Below the pieces are notes generated by a model. That model searched no databases. It was not told where the DNA came from and saw only the letters and a list, made by a program, of their open reading frames with translations. Source: the human T2T-CHM13v2.0 reference genome, Homo sapiens. From it: a stretch of 64,000 bases of DNA. Numbering within the stretch: position 1 is the first letter of the stretch; each line of letters starts with the position of its first letter. Position numbers and translations under genes: made by a program. This document shows, piece by piece, positions 57,994-64,000 of the stretch. Location of the stretch: assembly GCF_009914755.1 (NCBI RefSeq), contig NC_060947.1; one strand, written 5' to 3'.

Positions 57994-58565
57994 TGTGATG
58001 GTTAATATTGAGTGTGAACTTGATTGGATTGAAGGATGCAAAGTATTGTTCCTGAGTGTGTCTGTGAGGGTGTTGCCAAAGGAGATTAACATTTGAGTCA
58101 GTGGGCTGGGAAACGCAGACCCACCCTCAATCTGGGTGGGCACCATCTAGTCAGCTGCCAGTATGGCTATAATAAAGCAGGCAGAAGAAGATGGAAGAGC
58201 AGACTTGGTGAGTCTTCCGGCCTTCATCTTTCTCTCGTGTTGGAAGCTTCCTGCCCTGGAACATCAAACTCCAAGTTCTTCAGCTTTTGGACTCTTGGAC
58301 TTACACCTATCATCTTACACCAGTCGTCTGCCAGGGGCTCTCCTGCCTTTGGCCACAGACTGAAGGCTGCATTGTCGGCTTCCCTACCTTTGAGGTTTTG
58401 GGACTCAGACTGATCCACCAGTGGCCTCCTTGCTCCTCAACTTGCAGACGGCCCATCATGGGACTTTACATTGTGATCGTGTGAGTCAATTCTCCTTATA
58501 AACTCCCTTTCATATAGGCATATATCCTATTAGTTCCGTCCCTCTAGAGAACTGTGACTAATACA
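57994..58565 (+). mobile_element. MLT2A2-like solo LTR, inside an old L1MC fragment
   Basis: TGTGATGGTTAATATTGAGTG...GACTAATACA. TSD ATGTG/ATGGG. Confidence 0.9.
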
Positions 58566-58609
58566 ATGGGAAAGCTCTTCATGACAGTACAATGCCAACT
58601 TATTAAGTG

Positions 58610-59460
58610 TTGAAAGGCTCTTGTCACTCCCGTGTTCATCGCAGTACTATTGAAAACAGTTAAGATATGGAATCAAACTAAGTGTCCATCAATAGATGAA
58701 TGAATCAAGAAAATGTAGGAGATAATGGAATTCTATTGAGCCTTAAAAAAGAAGGAAATCCTGCCTGAGCATGATGATGCATGCCAGTACTCCCAGCACT
58801 TTGGGAGGCTGAGGCGGGAGGATTGCTTGAGCCCAGGAATTTGAGACCAGCCTGGGCCACATAGTGAGATCCTGTCTCTACAAAAAAATAAAAATTCATA
58901 TGGCATGGTGGCACATGCCTGTGGTCCCAGCTACTCAGGAGGTTGAGTTGGGACAATCTCTTGGGTCCCAGAGGTCAAGGATGCAGTGAGCCATGATCAC
59001 ATCACTGCGCTGCAGCCTGGGTGACAGAGAGAGACCCTGTCTCTAAAAAACAAAAACAAAAGACATCCTGTCATTTGCGACAACCTGGATGACATTTTGT
59101 TAATGGAAGTAACCCAGGCAGGGAAATACAAAGACTGCAGGATCTTATTTATGTGTGGAATCTAAAAAGGTTGAACTCGTGGAAGGAGAGAGTAGAATCC
59201 TAGCTACAAGGAAATTGAGAGGAGGTGGTTGGTGAGCGGTTCATCAAGGATCCAAATTTTCAGTTAGATAGGAGGAATAAGTTCAAGAGACCCACTGTAC
59301 GTTATGGTGACTATGGTTAATAACACTGTATTGTATTCTCGAAAATCACTGAGAGTAGATTTTGTGTTTTCCCCACAAGAAATGTTAAGTATGAGAGGTA
59401 ATAATGTACATGTTAATGAGCTTGATTTAGCCATTCCACAATAAATACATATTTCTGAAT
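58610..59460 (+). mobile_element. L1MA 3' end containing an AluJ (58763-59062)
   Basis: L1MA 3'UTR motifs. The Alu has AluJ-type GGAGGATTGCTTGAGCCCAGGA. Confidence 0.88.
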
Positions 59461-61122
59461 TCAAAGTTTTTGACCTGTAAGAAAGGATAATCATTGAGCT
59501 TACCTACCTCCTAGGGCCATGGTAAGGATTAAACGAGATGATGCACATATGTTTTCAGCAATATCTCGGACAGGGCGAGTACACAATAAAAGTTAACTCA
59601 CATTGTTTTTTTATTCCTTTTGGTTTTTAGAGGACAACATTTGATTAGACAGTTCTGGTTCCAAGGACTCAGATCTAACCATGTCTCTGAGGTGCCTACC
59701 AGAGATAAGATCCTAAGTTTTGAGACTCATATAATTAATTACTCAACAAAGGATACCTTTCATCCTTATTAAAATTATTGGCCCAAACATTTCTGATCTT
59801 AATATCTAGTCTCTTACCATTCCACTTAGCTGCCTATGTGTTTTCCTGGAGCCAAATATCCTCACTTTAACATTTAGTGTGTACTAAGGTCCCTAGGCTT
59901 CTATATGTGCTACCTGTATGTTCAGTGGGAATGTAACTATTTTCAGCCATCCTTCTGACTAGCCCAATGTACCATAGTAAAAATATCTGCCATTCATTTG
60001 GAGCCTAAATATACCATGCACAAAAATTCTGGGGAGCAGATTTTATATCTATCTCCTTTTTCAAAGTGAATACACAGGCTCAGAGGGGTGGAGAGACTTT
60101 CTCAGAGTCACAGAGCCAATAAGAGGTGGTACATGAAATGCCTCACTGCAATACCCAGGGCCTTGCTGCATAACTGAGCTGTATTCAGTTCTAACACTGT
60201 ACACTATTATTAGGCACTATCTTCTCAACTAGATTCTAATCTCAGTGAAGGTAGACAGCAAAATTTAGTGCTCATGGATACGCCGGTACCTTCTTCACGC
60301 CTAAGCACACAGTAGGTATCCAAGGAATATCTGTTGTCTCTTTAATGTGGAAAAGAGGGCTTGCTTTTAAATATTTCTAAAAGCCTCTATAACCAAGTTA
60401 AATAAGGTTACTCTTTAAGTGTACTCTAAAAACTCTGAGCAGAAATATGATTCTGTAAAAATTGCTACAAACTAAACAAGATAGTTTAGAGTTGTTTACA
60501 CAGGTGGGAAAGCTATAATAAGCAGCAAAGTAGAGATTCTAAACAATGAGCAGGATGGTAGGAACGTCCATTGAGGAAACAGACAGTTGTGGCAGGGAAA
60601 GGGACATAAGGGGTTCTAGCGTTTTATCAATATTTCATTTCACTGTTTTGGGTTGTGGTTACACAGGCTTTCGCTTTATAACTATTCATTATTTATCTTT
60701 GTATATCCGTTTTATGCACTTTAAGCTGAAACCAAGAAAAAAGAATAAGATTGATTCCAGGTCAAAGAAACACCAAGATTTGAATAAAGGTATTAATATG
60801 GCCACATGAAGAATGTATCAGTCAGGAGGGGGTTTGTCAGTCATCCATGAAAGGAAATACTGGAAACACCCATATAGGCATTGTGTGGGAAAAACAAGTC
60901 TCTACATGATTTCTGGTCCCACTGTCAAAGCATTACCTAGTATGAGATGGAAATATTGAATGATGCTAGCCTCATACCATTAACAGACAAAATGTATCTA
61001 TGCAAGATGTCAGCTCTTTCCCCATCTTAATTACCTTAATTAAACCGATTAATAACCTTAATGCATTTCTTTTCATTTTGTAACACTTGTGTACCAGAAA
61101 TTACCTCTTTTTCAGGCTCATA

Positions 61123-61123
<1 letters not shown>

Positions 61124-61158
<35 letters not shown>
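61124..61158. repeat. (CA)n microsatellite
   Basis: Directly visible. Confidence 0.97.
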
Positions 61159-61159
<1 letters not shown>

Positions 61160-61599
61160 CCAATCACACCAGGGCACTGATGTATTTCAGTGGACATTGT
61201 CATTGACTCCCCAACATCCATTCTGTCTTCTGTTTATCTAAGCCAGTCATGGCAATTCCAATATTCTTGACATTCACTGGTTTTGAAACAGGCATGTGAC
61301 CTAATTCAGTCCCATATGTTGGAGTTGATTGTGGGGATATCTTCTGGAAAATACTATGTCACAGGTCTTGCCTCTTTGAAAGGGCACATTGGAAGATATA
61401 TTCCTTTCTGTCTGTAAACATTACCATGTCAAAATCAGAGACCTAAAAGTGCTTCAGCCACATTGAGACCAGTACGTTAAGGGCATTGAGAGTGGCACAG
61501 AAGAGAGGAAAAAAATCTGAACCCTTCAAGGCATCCTTGAGCTGGAGTTCTCCTTGCATGGAATCCACCTACTTTTGATTTCAGGTCTATTTTGGAAAT

Positions 61600-63520
<1,921 letters not shown>

Positions 63521-63759
63521 GTTACAAATGCTGTGAGATTATGAACTTGCTTTTTGATTTAGCCAGTCTAAGTAAGATTTTTCTGTTAGGTGTAAGCAAA
63601 AAAAAAACAAAACAAAAAAAAACAAAACTGTCATGTAGTGAGCAATTGGCTTGATATGTCTGACTTTTTGTCTTATGCCAATTGTGGAGGCATAATTTTA
63701 ATATTTCTCTCTTTGACGTGTTTGAATGATAAATTATATGGTCACAATAATTGGATAGG

Positions 63760-63965
63760 AAGACTGGTTCTACAGTCATAGATTCCAATCCTGGGCCTGC
63801 CACTTAAAAGATGTCATTTAGGATAAATTACTTAGCTTCTGTGTGTTATACAAAATGTCTTCCTATGAACATAGGGATAATAAAGGTACTTAGGAATCAA
63901 ATGAGGTAAAGCATTTAAAGAGCTTGTAGAAGAACTTGCTATGTGGTAAAAATTTCATAACTATT
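63760..63965 (+). mobile_element. MIR
   Basis: TTCCAATCCTGGGCCTGCCACTT...GGATAAATTACTTAGCTTCT. Confidence 0.65.
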
Positions 63966-64000
63966 AAAAGTCTGCATGCCACATGGTAAAAGTTCCCTTT

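Noticed and set aside
61025-61065. Cluster of TAAT/ATTA homeodomain-like sites
   Set aside because: Expected by chance in AT-rich DNA without conservation data.

Overview
Hominine (human/chimp/gorilla-type) intergenic or intronic DNA made mostly of transposable elements. I recognise no host protein-coding gene, RNA gene or CRISPR array, and all long ORFs are LINE-1 or SVA derived. The main contents are: a near full-length, inactivated L1PA3-type element with an 18-bp TSD, nested in an ancient L1M; several truncated L1PA copies; a full-length SVA (D/E-like) with 137 bp of extra 5' sequence inside its TSD; a decayed ERVL-class provirus with two MER76-like LTRs, PBS, PPT and readable RT/tether/RNaseH remnants; a full-length L1MA with TSD; MLT2/MST/MLT1 LTRs; seven Alus; and MIR/L2 debris. 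The most interesting structures are retrotransposition accidents: an SVA 5' transduction, a twin-primed L1 fused to an older L1 (probable genomic deletion), an L1 3' transduction, and an LTR33A-terminated RNA apparently inserted by L1 machinery. There are also several templated or fold-back insertions and an ancient ~1-kb duplication whose copies are 26 kb apart. Subfamily names come from recalled consensus sequences and need RepeatMasker/Dfam confirmation. Boundaries of old repeats are approximate.
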